Shown piece by piece: positions 1-13,254 of a DNA stretch of 64,000 nt (positions within the stretch are counted from its first letter, which is position 1; each line of letters begins with the position of its first letter). Under the pieces are notes generated by a model. The model saw nothing but the letters and a program-made list of their open reading frames with translations. It ran no database searches and was not told the DNA's origin. The translations under genes were made by a program, and so were the position numbers. The stretch is from Marsupella aquatica (lineage: Eukaryota; Plantae; Marchantiophyta), in NCBI GenBank assembly GCA_973895155.1, contig OZ316896.1:20962152-21026151 (forward strand), written 5' to 3'.

Positions 1-814
1 GGGTAAGTCAAGAGGTTCCGTCTGGAAGATTAATTTTGCGTTTACTGATGTAAGTGGTGTCTTGACTATGGAGGTCCGTGTATTTTAGTGGACGACTCTT
101 CAGATTTTGCGTCCACCTCTCCTCTAAGTTGATCACGTTTGTAGGAGTCAGAGCTTTTTGCAACTGTGATAGCCTGCTCAATATATTTGGTTAATTATTT
201 TGAGTTCCGTTCCAGAATGGATCAGGTTCCAGCAAAATTAAGAAGATCAGAAGCAGCCAAACTATAAAGACGAAACATTCTTCCACCAAATAAATATCAG
301 AGGTACTGTCCAAGCACTAATTTTGGAGAGTCCCAATTACAACGAGCATCTTCATACTACTACAAGTGATACTACGGGCAATAAAAGAACACACAAAACC
401 TTTCCGATTCTGCTTACGAAACGAATAAAAGCGTGAGACATCAAACTTCTGCAAATATGTGCCCATCCGTTGCAGTTTTTCGTTCCTAATCTCTGCTGTT
501 TTCAGGACGCAGCTGGCGTTGCAGCTTGTGGACCCCCGTGTGGACCACCATCAGCAACTAAGGCGACCTCATAGATGTATGTTCCACTCCCTGCTGTTGC
601 AAGACGACATGTTGGACACCTCAGGTCAGGATTATTAGTATACAGATCTCTGGTCTGTGCTTGCTAACCTTACCTATCACTGAAGACAAAGCATAAAAAA
701 CTATCACGAGGACCCAAATCTCAAGCTTGGCTGAGAAGCAAAAATGTCAGTAAAACTGAACCTCAAATACTGGCTAGAACATATTGTATGATACCTTTGA
801 ATGATGAGTGAAAG
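1..814 (-). pseudogene. Partial duplicate of the APE1 3' end (3' flank, last exon ~502-596, part of last intron), left of the transposon insertion
   Basis: Colinear high similarity to ~44280-45336 (e.g. gtggacgactct..ttttgcgtccacctctcctctaagtt; last exon tcaggacgcagctggcgttgc..cctcatagatgt). Confidence 0.85.
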
Positions 815-856
815 ATCAACCTATTCATTAAAAGTATATTATTATTTTATTTATAG

Positions 857-1156
857 TGTACTTTTGGGCGAGGAAAAGTGTACATTTGGCCAATTAAAAG
901 TGTACATTTGGGGATAAAAAATGTACAATTGGCCTAAAGAGTGTACATTTAGACAATAAAAAGTGTATACTTGAACATCAAAATAGGTACATTTGGCTTT
1001 AAAAGTGTACATTTGAGTACATTTGGCCTAGAAAGTGTACATTTGAGTGAAAGAAACATACATTTGGCTTAAAAAGTGTACATTTAAGTGCAGTTGGTCT
1101 AGAAAGTGTAACTTTGAGTGCAACAAAGTGTACATTTGGCCTAAAAACTGTACATT
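857..1156 (+). repeat. Left subterminal array of aaagtgtacattt motifs (more than 10 copies, ~20-bp spacing)
   Basis: Repeated aaagtgtacattt(gg) directly inside the left TIR; the same motif occurs 3 times at 24418-24474. Confidence 0.9.
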
Positions 1157-4100
1157 TTCCTACCAACTCTTATTATAATCATTTAAAAGAAAAGAATGAA
1201 TAGAAAAATATTTTTAATTATGCAAAAAAGCAAACATTCATATTCATAACGATCAAAAATTTAGAAAATGAGGAGATAGTATAATTAACACTCAATGACA
1301 TGGTCTCACATTAAAACTATTAGAATAGTAAATAACTAGTACGTAAGTTACTATGTTTGAATGAGTGTCGACTATTTACATAAAAACTAGGTAAGTAACT
1401 ATCTAAATTAATTTAATTATTATAGCTTCGCAAGTAACAACTAAGTCTACTTGTCCATTCTTTGGAGATAACTTTGGACAGTTTGTACTACTTGTCCATC
1501 CTTTGGAGATAACTTTGGACAGTTTGTAGAACATTTCGAGGAATCTTCAAACCTCTGCCCGCCATGTTTTCTTCTTTCATGCCAGATTTAAAACCATACA
1601 TTGCAGAATTTGCATACTGCCAATGTTGAGCGTTCTCACCAAACCCTGGATCTCGTTCCCATGTCTTAGTGGACATGAAGCAGTTTAGATACCGTGCACT
1701 CTCAGTCACATCAAGTTTAGAGTGTTTAGGCCTCCACCATTCGACTGGAAACATTGGAGCATATTGTTGAGGCAGAGGAGGGTTTGTTGGAGATGTAGTT
1801 GGGACTTCATGCTTAGGGTCCACCGAACCCAAAGCTCTCACCAACCAAAAATGACCTCCACCATTTTTATTCTCCCAGTCATCCTCAGGTCGAAGAAATA
1901 CAAAGTTCCCTTCATGAATATCCTGTAGGGGAATCCACCGTCCTTGTTCTCTCTTAGCTCGAGATCCAACAAATGGTGTTGCTTGATCTTTCATCTCTTC
2001 CAAGACCTCATTTTGAAGAGCCGTCATCTCCGCATTCTCCTCATCTTCACTTGGAGGACCACTTTGTTCTGGTTGGTTGACCTTGTAACCAGTGCCGTGG
2101 TTAGTCTTAGGCCAAAATCCATTTTTCAAGGGAAATTGAGTACTTCCCTCCCCTTCTAGTGCAAGCCCATTTGTCAACAACTCCACAATTCTCTCCCAAT
2201 ATTTGACAAGAGGAAATCTTTCCTTATATGCTATAGATGTCTCATCAGTGCAACTCCTTCTCAAAAAATCAAGATACTTGTTAAGAAATGGGATAATCTC
2301 TTCAAATTTTTTGTGTATCTCTCCAATGGATTTAGCTAAGGGCTCTCCACTAGGTAAAAGAAGAGAATTTGTTGTCAGATCTATTGCCCAAATGCACCTT
2401 CCTCCAACTGGAGCCCAAGCTTGCTTTACATGGGACTTATACTGAAATATTGGTACATTATCTCTCATAGAGAAAAAAAATGATACGGGTTTTGAGTGAT
2501 CTTGAATATCTTTAACTCTGAAAGTTTGAAGATATTCTTTGTAAGATGCAACTTCTTGTATCAATCTGGGAACTGGATGAATGCTCTCACATTCCCAAAC
2601 CTCTGCCATAAGAGCAAGGAGAGTTGCAACTTCCTTGTGTTGAACTTGATATGATACCTTCGAAAAGAGTGCATCAACATCTTCGTGTGTATGACCAACC
2701 ATTAGAAAAGACATTTGAACAGTTTCAAATACTCCTCTACTCACAAGCTCACTACAAAATGCCATGACAGTCTGGTTTTTGTTATCCTTTGGTGAGTTAT
2801 CCATTTGTAGTGTTAGGTGCCTTGGCAAGGGCTTGCCTTGTTCCCCATGCATGTCCCCTCCTTGATCCTCACCATGTTGGGTGGAGACCGTCTCTGTCTG
2901 ACTCTCGGCTGCATCTTCAGAACCAATATATCTATTCATTGGAATACTCTTTGGTTCCAAATATCCCTTAAAAAATGCATCAAAGTCAAGAAGGGCTTGA
3001 AAGAAAGGTCTATGAGGTTCCAAATAAAGATCATCCAACATGTCACCTGTCTTGTCTCCATTGTACTCTTCAAGGTCTCGAAGACACTTAGCCAAGGATG
3101 TCACCGTGAAATCAGTATCTTCTGGCCAAAGGCCAGTGACACTAAAGCGTGCATAGACTCCTGGATCCCTTCCGTGGGTCAACATCCCTGTGAGAGCAAT
3201 AGGTAGTGGCATCCCATGACCTGAAAGCGATTTAGGAGTACTGACCATTTTTGGAATCCACGTCTTTGCTTGATCCATCTTGTCGTGAATGATGCAAAGA
3301 TATTCCCCTGGATGTTCCTTAGCCATCACTTGATAAGCATAGTAAACATATCTACGTGACATATGCTCATGAAGATGTTGCGCTTGTTTTTCTTCAATTT
3401 CAGCATGCTCTTTTTTCCTTCTTTCTCGCATCAAACTATCTTTGTATTCACAACAAAGAGTACACTTGGCAAATGCATCATCTTTATGGAAACTGAAGTT
3501 TGCGAATGATTTGCTCCAAATCTTGTACAGAGTATTCTCTGTTACTGGAGGAAGCCCCTCTTCCTTCATCTTTGTTCTCACATCTTCCAAAATCTCCAAC
3601 TTCTTGTAACATGCTAGAAGACGATACTCAATGGAGTCTGTCCCATGAGCCCCAGCATAAGGTATATGAGGCATGGGCTCTGCATTTTGAGTCAAAAAAT
3701 CCTCCAATAGAGCTCATGCATGCAAGGTATTTGACCTTGTTTTCATGGAGCCCGTGTTTCCATGGAACCCAATTTTGCAACCCTCCACATATCTCCTTTT
3801 GTAATCATAATATTTTGTGTGGCTAAAGCCATGGATGATTGCAAATGCATGTCTACATACGACCATACCCTTGAGAACATGGTGCCCCTTATCACGAACA
3901 TCATCTTCTCTATAGTGGAAGAGGTTGAAAATGTGTGATGTTTTTGACTCGCTAGACATCCCGTGAAATTCTATCCGGATATCTTCTATGTCTTCTCTTG
4001 GCATAGTCAGACAACATTTCTGCTTGCAAAAATTCTCTCTTTTAATTTCATCAATCGAAGCTTCCGTTGTTTTTGAAACTGCCTTGGTTTCCAACAACCT

Positions 4101-5479
4101 TCTCTTCTTTTCAATCGGATCTACATGAGTCCTCTTGTTGAAACTGTATGGCCTTGTGCGCGGCATTCCCCTATCATTTACATTTGGATAGAGATCATCC
4201 CTATCCACCGTCTCCATCCTCTCTGAACCTTTAACCAAAATGTCCGACAAAAATTTCCCGTTTGCAAGTAGTTTTGTTGAATCAATCCGCCACCGAACCA
4301 AAGTAATTACTCCCCTATGGAAATTGGGAAAGTATTGTGATTCCACCACATCTTTCACAACAATCCCTACTTGGTCCTCACCAAGGATTTCATCGTCAAC
4401 CGCTGTCGTTTCTTGAGGCACAGTGATGGTCCCCGTGGCAACCCTATTGGTTCGATCTGAACCGATGTATAGTTCGACCAACTCTGACATCCAATTTGAC
4501 TGTTGGAAATAGTCACAATTAGTTTTAGAAATTTCAGCTGAGGGAGACTCCGCAACAAAACTCCGCTCTATGTTGATATCATCGCCCGCATCCTTCTTTA
4601 AGATCTTTCTACTTCGGACATCTGCCACATCCTAGAGAACCCATGAGTCTTTTGCCTCGTCAATTGTTTCAGCCCCGCTGTGTTTGTAAGGTAAAACCCT
4701 ACTCCCATGAATGACATCAGTGATCCTCACACTGATCCGTGATTCACCAAGTAAAATGTTGTGACATCTTTCCATTGGATTTGTATTGAAAACAACTCCA
4801 AGGGCTACACAACACCCAAAGATGAACATTTCAACCTCATCCCCTTGCCTCAGAGTGATCGATGAGTCCTCCTCTACAATTGGATTTTTTTCCAAATTAC
4901 GCTCCGAACACAGTGACGGACCAAACGAGAAGTATGACCACCGAACAAGAAGTGTGTTTTTGATTTCGTGAAAAATGGCGAAAAATCACTAAAATTAAGA
5001 TCAAAAACGCTATTTTGAGGATGAATCCAAAATCGCATCCAACATCGGATTTCAAATTGAGATACTGTCGACACAAAAACAAAGAATTGTCACAATCCAG
5101 AATTCTGATACACTTCATCTAAAAAAAGTGCAAATTCCAAAACCTAGAAAAACAATGCTTTTCACGTGATCCTTCTAAAAGCTAAATCCGAGCGTCAAAC
5201 AAAACGATAAAACACAAGATTTCATTTTTGCCATCAAAATGGCAAACTGAAAATGGGATACGGCGTATCCCATTTCGGATTCAACCGTTGAACGTGAACA
5301 AAAACCGCACCAAATCATTCTCTTGACGCTTCCATTTAACCTCGAGTTTAAAATATTTGAATTTTTAACTGCAGTAAAACCGAAAACTGCGAAAAACTGA
5401 CCGCGGACTACAGTCAACCCACACAGTTAGTTAAGTTAACCCGACGATATGTCCAGAAATTTTTTAGCCCATAACACAT

Positions 5480-6590
5480 GATGAATACGAGATGGGATCC
5501 AAGTATCCACTATCGTATTCAACCTCGATGTTTTCCACCTGCAACTTTGCATCAGAAGATCTTTCGACATGAATACCAACTGAGATCCATGGATCCCATT
5601 TTTTTTGCAAGTCCAAAAACTCATCGGGAAAACAGGAGGATGAATATCAGATGGGATCCATGGATCCCATCTAGTATTCAACCTCTACATTTTGAACTTT
5701 TTGCATTGCATACCTTGATATTCTAGTTTGAAGACCAACTGGGATCTGCGACGACTTCCTCAAAAATCTACAATTTAAATTTCAGCATTCCTTGAAAAGA
5801 CAAACTCTCACTTTAAAAAACCCTTGTATGGACCACTCAGGGAATGCCAATAGGGATCCACGTATCCCATTTTTCTGAACAAGTCAAAAAATAACCCACT
5901 CAAAACCAAGGATGAATACCAAATGGGATCCATGGATCCCATTTGGTATTCGCTTGCCAAAATTTGCCCTTGCCGCACCTTGCACCTTGATATTGAGGTT
6001 TGAATACCAACACGGATCCATGGATCCCATTTGGTATTCACCCGCCAAAATTTGTCATTGCCACACCTTGCACCTCAACATTGAGGTTTGAATATTGACA
6101 CGAATCCATACCGACACGGATCCATGAGTCCCATTTGTTGATTCAACTCCAAACAATTTTGGATTTTTCCTTGCTCAGCACAACCCCAATCACATCCATT
6201 TTTTACTCTTTCAAAATATGTAGGACCAATCAACAGACCTACCTAAAAATGGAGGCAAATACCAAGTGGGTTTGTGGATCCCACCTCAGATTCAAAGTCC
6301 CGGATTGGCCCTTGGTCACAAGTTACTCATCCATTTTCACATTTGAATACAAAATTGGATTTCATTTGGTCTTTGTAAAATTATTATCACACTTTGTAAA
6401 GTTCTTGATTTGTAAAATAACATGTTTTTATACCAAATGGGATAAAACAACATGTTCTTATACCAAATGTGGGATCCATGGATCCCACTTGGTATTCATA
6501 CAAGGTTTTATGACTTTTTTCTTTCTAGATTTGTGAAATAACATGTTTGAATACTACATGGGATTCTTGGTATCCCACTTGGTATTTCTC
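5480..6590. repeat. Array of palindromes tgggatccatggatccca flanked by gaatac..gtattc
   Basis: Multiple copies, e.g. ~5651, ~5923, ~6015, ~6470. Confidence 0.9.
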
Positions 6591-6899
6591 TTGAAGTTTT
6601 GATCATTTGTGATTTTTTTACAAATATAATCTGGATTTTTTGCAAGATTTTGCCTGATCTCAGATTTTTTATTTTTCTATTTTTGCAGCGCTGAGTAAAG
6701 CGGCCGAAAAGTCTCAAGCTCTTCTTTCTAATGGTATCAATTATAAGGAATTTGGATGAATACCGATAAAGATATGGCTTCCAAAGCGTGAGAGGGTACA
6801 AACTTAAGTTTTTGTAATTTTATAAATTTCACCCCACAGCTTAATCTAATCATATCTTAGTCAATCTTGCATTTTGCACCTAAATGCTTCATATTCAGA

Positions 6900-7565
6900 G
6901 GTTGAATGCAAAGTGGGATACCCCGTATCCCACTTCGCATCCAACCTCATTTTTTCACGTTTATGATACCCAAACTGGATTTTTGAAGATTGAATCCCAA
7001 ACGGGATACGCCGTATCCCATTTCGCATTCAACGTTGAGGTTTTGACATTTGGAGTCTAAGATACTTCATATTCGGAGGTTGGATGCGATATGGGATACC
7101 CCGTATCCCACTTCGCATCCAACCTTATTTTTTAGCTAAAGTGAAACAAAAACTGGACATTTGAAGGTTGAATCCCAAACGGGATACGCCGTATCCCATT
7201 TGGGATTCATCCTCGCCATTTCCATGAAGATTCTTACTTGTTAGCCAAATCTGATTTTCAGGGAATACAGGTTTGTATAGACGGTGTGCATTCGTCAAGA
7301 GTAAGAGGATACAGAGCGAGAAAAAATGAGCGGAAAATTCTCAAGCGGTGATCTCTTATTTATAGTTTTCTCTCTGACCGTGGTTAGTATTTGACTGCAA
7401 TTGCATCGCAATCGGTTAAATGTTACCGTTGAGAAGAATCGTTTGGGAATATTCTTGACGGGTAAACCAATATTGGCACTTTTACTACGTTTGTTTTAAT
7501 TTTTTTTGGAATTCCGCGGTTGGATCCGAAATGGGATACGCCGTATCCCATCTTCGTATTCGTGT
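6900..7565. repeat. Array of palindromes gggatac(g/c)ccgtatccca (one further copy at ~5254)
   Basis: Copies at ~6915, ~7003, ~7092, ~7181 and ~7532; 6890-7030 and 7067-7210 are a tandem duplication. Confidence 0.9.
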
Positions 7566-8099
7566 TGATTTTTCTCATTTTTTAAATTTGAAAAACTAGT
7601 TTTTAGGGGGAATACTAATTCCGTATCCAAGACTTTTTTGCCTTAGAAAATTTTTTTGCCGCAGGCAAAATGAGAAGTGTGGTCACACTTCTCGTTTGGT
7701 CCGTCACTGTGTTTCCGGTCGATTTGAACAACTACCTACACTAATGCATTTTTGAGAATTTATTATCGTTCATAGATATGCGCAAGACAAATCCCAAATA
7801 ATGCAAGAATCAATGGCATCAAAAAGGTTTTCTGCCTGAGGCATTGAAAATGGTAGTTTTGTGGTTCGGTCAAAAACTTTCTCAATGAGAACGCCCATTC
7901 GATTCTCTCTCAACAATATCTTTTGAACACTATCTTGCGGGTTGATGTTTTGAACTGTCCCGCTTGCAACATCGTAACCACCAATTGTCAATATCACATT
8001 GTCGCCTCTCAAAAATATTCCGGCCATTCCTACAACGTGTTCACCTGCACAATTTGAAATGTAAGGTATTAGTTAACAATGGTCCCAACTAGGAAGCAG

Positions 8100-8450
8100 A
8101 TAGGTGTGAACCCTATCCAAGGACAGTGCACAAATAGGGATCATCCCCATCAAGAAAAATAATAGGTCCCTAAACAATCCTTATCTAGCCCTAAGATCCC
8201 TGATCCCTATTTAGATGTTGGATAGGGATGATCCCTATCCAGACGGCAGATAGGTTTTGTCACTGTCCAAACAATGGACATAGATGATCCCTGTAAACGG
8301 TGGACAAGGATCATCCCTGTCCAAAATCCAAACAGGGATGATCCCTGTCAAAACGATGGATAGGGTCTGTTACTGTCCAAAGGGCGGACACAGCTAATCC
8401 TTGTCCAAATGGCGGATAGGGTCTATCACTGTCCAAACAATAGACATGGA
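8100..8450. repeat. Hairpin repeat array ggacagggatcatccctatccaaa (left part, interrupted by element B)
   Basis: ~30-bp periodic motif of the same type as 16670-17205. Confidence 0.85.
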
Positions 8451-9078
8451 TGATTCAAGGTCCGGATCACTTAGGATCACTCAGCGGTCCTATCTGAAAG
8501 TAAAACCTTTCATATTGAACAAGAAGCCTTAACTGATGAGTAACAAGCCCATACTTTAGGAACTCTAGCCAAAAAATCAGAAAAACAACAAAAAAGTAAA
8601 AAAAAAGTGCAAAAATTAGCACCTATTTTAGAACAAAAATATGGAGCGAACAAAATATGACATAAACTAGCTATGTTTTGATGCCTAAAAATGACCAAAT
8701 TCATCTGGAGTTACATTCCACCAATAAATGATCTCAAATACAACACTATTATCTACAATGGTCTCACAATTACACGAGCTGTCTCTTGAAACAACAAGTA
8801 AATCACCTCCAAAAGCCATTGTCATTTAAAAACCAGAAAATAAATTACTACAACTTAACCTGATAGACATTATTGTGAAAAGAAGACAAGGAGAATAGAA
8901 ATGACACCATCTAATTGAATTGAAACACAACCCACTAAGAAAATATTAAACTACAAATTTCTCAAGAAACTTTAACCATGAATTCATGAATAAGTGGTAA
9001 AGGCATTTTGAAAATTTGAAAAATTACAAGTTATCAATGTTTTTCAATGGTAATGTCACAAACAATAACTACTTTTCA

Positions 9079-12000
9079 TTACTCAGATCCAGAAGTCCTC
9101 AATTCTTGAAACGAAATATCCCTAGATTTATCTCCTAGCGGGGTTCTAGCTGATCCATTCTCTTGTTCTTGCTCTTTCTCTTCTGCCAAAAATTCAGTCA
9201 ATCGGATTTTGATTCGATCTACTGTCTTTTTGTACAATGTATCAGATTTTATCAACATGAAGTTGTAAGCAAAAACAGTCGTTGAAGATAAATCAAGCTC
9301 TTGGTGAAACCATATTGGTTTCAAAGTTCCTTTCCCACGACCACTTTTCTTCTTTTCGTAGTTTAAGACTTCCGGTAAGTACTTGGCTTTCCAAGGATCT
9401 GACCCGGTTTTTGCAGCATGCCATAAAACATAAATCATTTTTGGAATGTTGAACTCGTCGCGCTGGTCAATTCTTTCCACCTTGGCCACCCAAAATGTTC
9501 CTGATTCTTCTCCAGCAACAGAAATATAAGTGTTGACTTCAAGATCCAAAAAGTCTCCTTCCATATTCTCCTTCTCTGCATCTATCTTTCCTTGATTCCG
9601 ATAAGGACCCACGTATATATCTCTGGTAGGTCCGTATACTCTCTCTTCAATTTCCTCTTCATTGACAAGGACTCTGGGAACTTCAGCAGCAACAGCAATC
9701 TCCCCTTGGGAGCGTGGCCATTGAAAAGGGAAAATCAATTTGATCAAGGAGCAAAGATTTATTCAATTCCCGTTGCTCTTCAAAAAACATTCTCCACCAA
9801 TTCACTTCCTCTTCTGAGAATAAAGTTTCAATTGCAAGTATTCCCTTTTGAATCTCATTTAACGAATCATCCATCTCCTTCAAAGTCATTCTTGAAGAAC
9901 TAGACATATTTGGTTGAGTCCTTGTAACGTTCTTATCCCCCTTTTTGAAAAGGGGTAATCCGGGAGCACAACCCATCACCTTTTCTGGCTCCTCTTCCCT
10001 CAAAAATTTCACGCCTCCATCAGGTTTCCAAGTTGAGTCTGTGGAAAACTTCTTCCCCCATTGGGTTGGAACTTGATCTTCCAACTTGTCAAATGCAAAT
10101 TTGTACTGGTGGTGGAAGCTAGGTAACATTTTGAATCCTTTCAATGACTAAAGGTGGATCTGAGAAGGCATATTGACGGAAATCATATGTTTCCTTTAAA
10201 AGAGTGCTATTTGGTTGGGGTTGATATGATTCACAAATAATATCACATAGGCTTTTGTATGTGAATGCCTTAAACCTTGCTAATCGTTTAGAAAATCGAC
10301 TGAACATTTGATCTATTTGGTCGTGTGTGTGTCCAACCAACAAGAATCCTAGTTTGATTTTCCGAAAAACCTTTCTTTGAATCAACATATGAAGATAGGC
10401 AAAGAGTAAATTATTTTTATTTTCTCTACTGGTATTATCAAGTTGAAGATAGAGAACAGGCGGCAAGCCACCAGGCTTTTCTTCCCATTCGTGAAACACC
10501 CTTTGCAGGATTGTGACTGTCAAGTTTCCATCATTATGCAATACAGGATAATTAAGAAACACTCTTGAAAATAGTGCACCATTGAAAACCAGGCATCCGA
10601 CAACGTGCATTTGGATCAAACATGTTTCGTCCACCGATTTTGGGGGCCGCGGCCAATGAGGCAACCTTGTCTTCTTCTGATCCATCCCATCAATGACAAC
10701 TCCCAAATATTTATCAGGATTTGAAAAACATTTCTTACGATGCTTCGCGAGTTTCTCACGTTCTTTGGATTGTTGGTCTCTATGTTTTTGTAACATAATT
10801 TCCCCTCGCCCTGGAAAAACAACTTGTTAGTTTCTTCAAAAAAAAATAGAAATCATGTGCTAAGCCATATTCTTGAAACAAAAACTTGTCAAACTTGTAA
10901 GTAACTTACTCTTTTCGGTCTCCGAGACAGCTTTGTCCCAAATTGATTTGAACTCCTCGCAATCCGCGCAAGCACTGAATCGATTGACTAGAGGAATCTT
11001 CACATGACCAAATTCTTGAACCCAAACTTTCAAGAATTGTCGATAGGATATTTTTGATGATTCATCAATCTTGGCATAGTTGGAGTCGTAGATCTTCCAT
11101 ACCTCCAACTTTGAATAATTATCCGGTAAATGTGAAACTTCTTTATTTGGCAATGTTTCCACGCATGTCTCAAAAAATGACCTAAGCCAACTGACCAAGA
11201 CTAATCTTTTAACAGATGGAGGGCGTCCAACTGGTTTAGAATATCCTAAGTCTTGGTTGTCTAATTTCAAAATTCTATTTAATCTATGATTGCCAACGCA
11301 AAATATAAGCTTGAAAGCTTTCCGACAAATACTCTTTTGACCAAACGTGTAAGATATAGTCTGCCTCCCTCCTTCATTTCCGTCTCGCTTTATAAGCCAC
11401 TGCAAAGATAAAGATCGATCCTGAGATTTCTGCCTAAAAAATTTAGAACGCGCCTCACGAATTTCTTTTGGAGATAGACTTAGGAGACAATGACTCTGAC
11501 AACAGTACTTACTATTTGTTTTCTTGATATCCTCCTCTTTCAACTTTGTTTCACACAAAGTGGCATTGCTCGTACGTTTGTAACGACTAGATGCCACCGG
11601 AACATCATCATCCTCCCCACTCTCCGAAGACTCGCTTTCATTCGATGATGAAATGGTCACCAACATTTGCTTCTGAAGATGCCGAGATTCTAGACCTGCA
11701 GCCTTCGGAGATGGAGGCTCTTCCTTCACTCTATGCAGCCTTGGAATACCTGGGCGTATTTCAGAAATCCCTCCATTACCGTGTAGGAACCCTTTCAATA
11801 TTTTCCTAGGGTCTCTCTCCACCAGGTTGGTTTCCCTGTTTGAGTTTCCGTGACTTGATCCGCTCCCTGCCCCAACACCCTGACTCCTAGGTAAAACTGA
11901 GGAACGCACATTAGAATTCCTTTGTGGAATACTTTTCAATAACACTGGTCGTCTAGTTTCTTCCCTCATCCCCCTGTGAAATGTTTCCGACGTTGGCTTA

Positions 12001-12473
12001 CCAAAGGTTTTACTTTTTGGCATTTGCTTCAGCCGTTGAACACTTTGGAGACTGCAAAAATCTGTCATTTTCCCCACTTAGTGCCTTCTTCATCTTTCCA
12101 AATCCAGTCTTCATGAATTCATGAGACCGTTTCCCAGACATCCAAATAGGCATTGAACCTTCCAGATTACTCCCCAATTTGTCCTTTGTTGGTGACAAAG
12201 GAGATACAACTTGACGTCCAGGGGGACCAATACTCTCCAAGGAGTCAGAGGAGCTCCCTGACCTCTCCTTACCACCGACCAATGATTTCTTCCCACTAAT
12301 TGCAAGTCGTAAAGGACTACTTTTTAACTTGCTCATAGGGGTGGGGGTGGCATATCTAAAACACTAGTTATTCCAGGGATATCTGGGCCAACGACTGTGC
12401 AGGGGCCATCCGACAATGAAACATCATCAGAAACTCCATCTGAATAATCATCTGATTTGTAACATGCCGCCAT
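9079..12473 (-). pseudogene. Transposase B: second Sola-like/DUF7869-type DDD transposase, with one intron (~10811-10909) and several frameshifts
   Basis: Motifs IDGMDQKKT, LQLDNTSRENKN, FLLVGHTHDQIDQMFSR, CCQSHC, ICRKAF, CADC. A GTAAGT..TTCCAG intron joins ORF 10860-12077 in frame to ORF 10119-10796. Frameshifts at ~12350, ~12050, ~10120 and ~9740. Confidence 0.88.
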
Positions 12474-13254
12474 TGGAAAAACTAGTGCAAATTGACAAGA
12501 AACTCAGAAAATCAGTAAAATCTAACAAATCTTCTCAAAATAATGACCAAGAGTCATGAATAAACGAGCCTATTTATAGTTTTTCACGGATTGTTGGGAC
12601 TTTTTAACTTCAAAAATATCAAATATTCATGAAATTTGCAAGCTTTTTCCCGTTAATACCCCAAAATATTCATGAATAATTGGCCCGAAAACATTGATTT
12701 ATCATGATTTGGGGTTAATTTTACTAAGTCGCGCCTGATCCGTGATTAGTATGTATAACCAAGGAACACGGGGCAGCCCATTCATTTTCACTCGATGTCA
12801 TTTGGATTTCCTTTGTAAAAGAGTGAAAAACAATCTCGCTGTCCAATTTCGTGCCATTTTTAGCACTCATTGGTGACGTGTCGCGAGTTGTCGTGGTCGC
12901 GCTTCATTTCGACCCTATTTTAGGTAGTAATTTAGGCCTTGGGTGATTTCTTCACGTCACCCCCCCCTTTGAACCCTATTTTGAATACCCTTCTGGATCA
13001 CCGAGGTGTACAAGCAAAGAGAGAGGAGACTCCCTTCATGAATTCATGAAGGTCGGTGCGAGAGGGAGACTCCCTTCATGAATTCATGATAGGAGTCCTG
13101 GGGTGGCCGAGAGCATTGTTAGATCCGTAAGGACACGGCTTTAGTAGCCATTTGTTGGCACATTCCTTGGTTTTGTGGCACTTTGTCTCGCAGGTTGGGG
13201 TTTAAGTGGACTGATTTTGTGGTATGTTCTCAGGTTTGAAGATCAGGCAAAAAC

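Larger units (their letters stand above)
4907..7713. mobile_element. Nested non-autonomous TIR element C (2807 bp) filled with palindromic repeats
   Basis: ~35-bp TIRs aacacagtgacggaccaaacgagaagt(a/g)tgaccac; 4-bp TSD tccg at 4903-4906 and 7714-7717; excision restores the host ORF. Confidence 0.9.
1488..8027 (-). pseudogene. Transposase A: Sola-like/DUF7869-type DDD transposase with three N-terminal En/Spm-Tnp-associated (DUF8039-like) repeats; ~1242 aa reconstructed; interrupted by element C and three in-frame stops
   Basis: ORFs 7770-8027, 4632-4895, 3714-4628 and 1488-3707 join in one frame once 4907-7713 and one TSD are removed. Motifs: HDKMDQAK, QMDNSPKDNKN, FLMVGHTHEDVDALFS; Cys clusters CKQKCC, VCRHAF, CTLC. 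Confidence 0.85.

Noticed and set aside
1447-1528. 41-bp tandem duplication of the transposase A stop-codon region
   Set aside because: Real, but it looks like a simple local duplication with no effect on the protein
4909-4915. CACAGTG (RSS heptamer/Transib-like) at the termini of element C
   Set aside because: The TSD places the true end 2 bp further out (AACACAGTG) with a 4-bp rather than 5-bp TSD. No nonamer or RAG/Transib ORF was seen.
5436-6801. Short ORFs with repeated WDPWIP motifs
   Set aside because: Artefacts of the gggatccatggatccc palindromes
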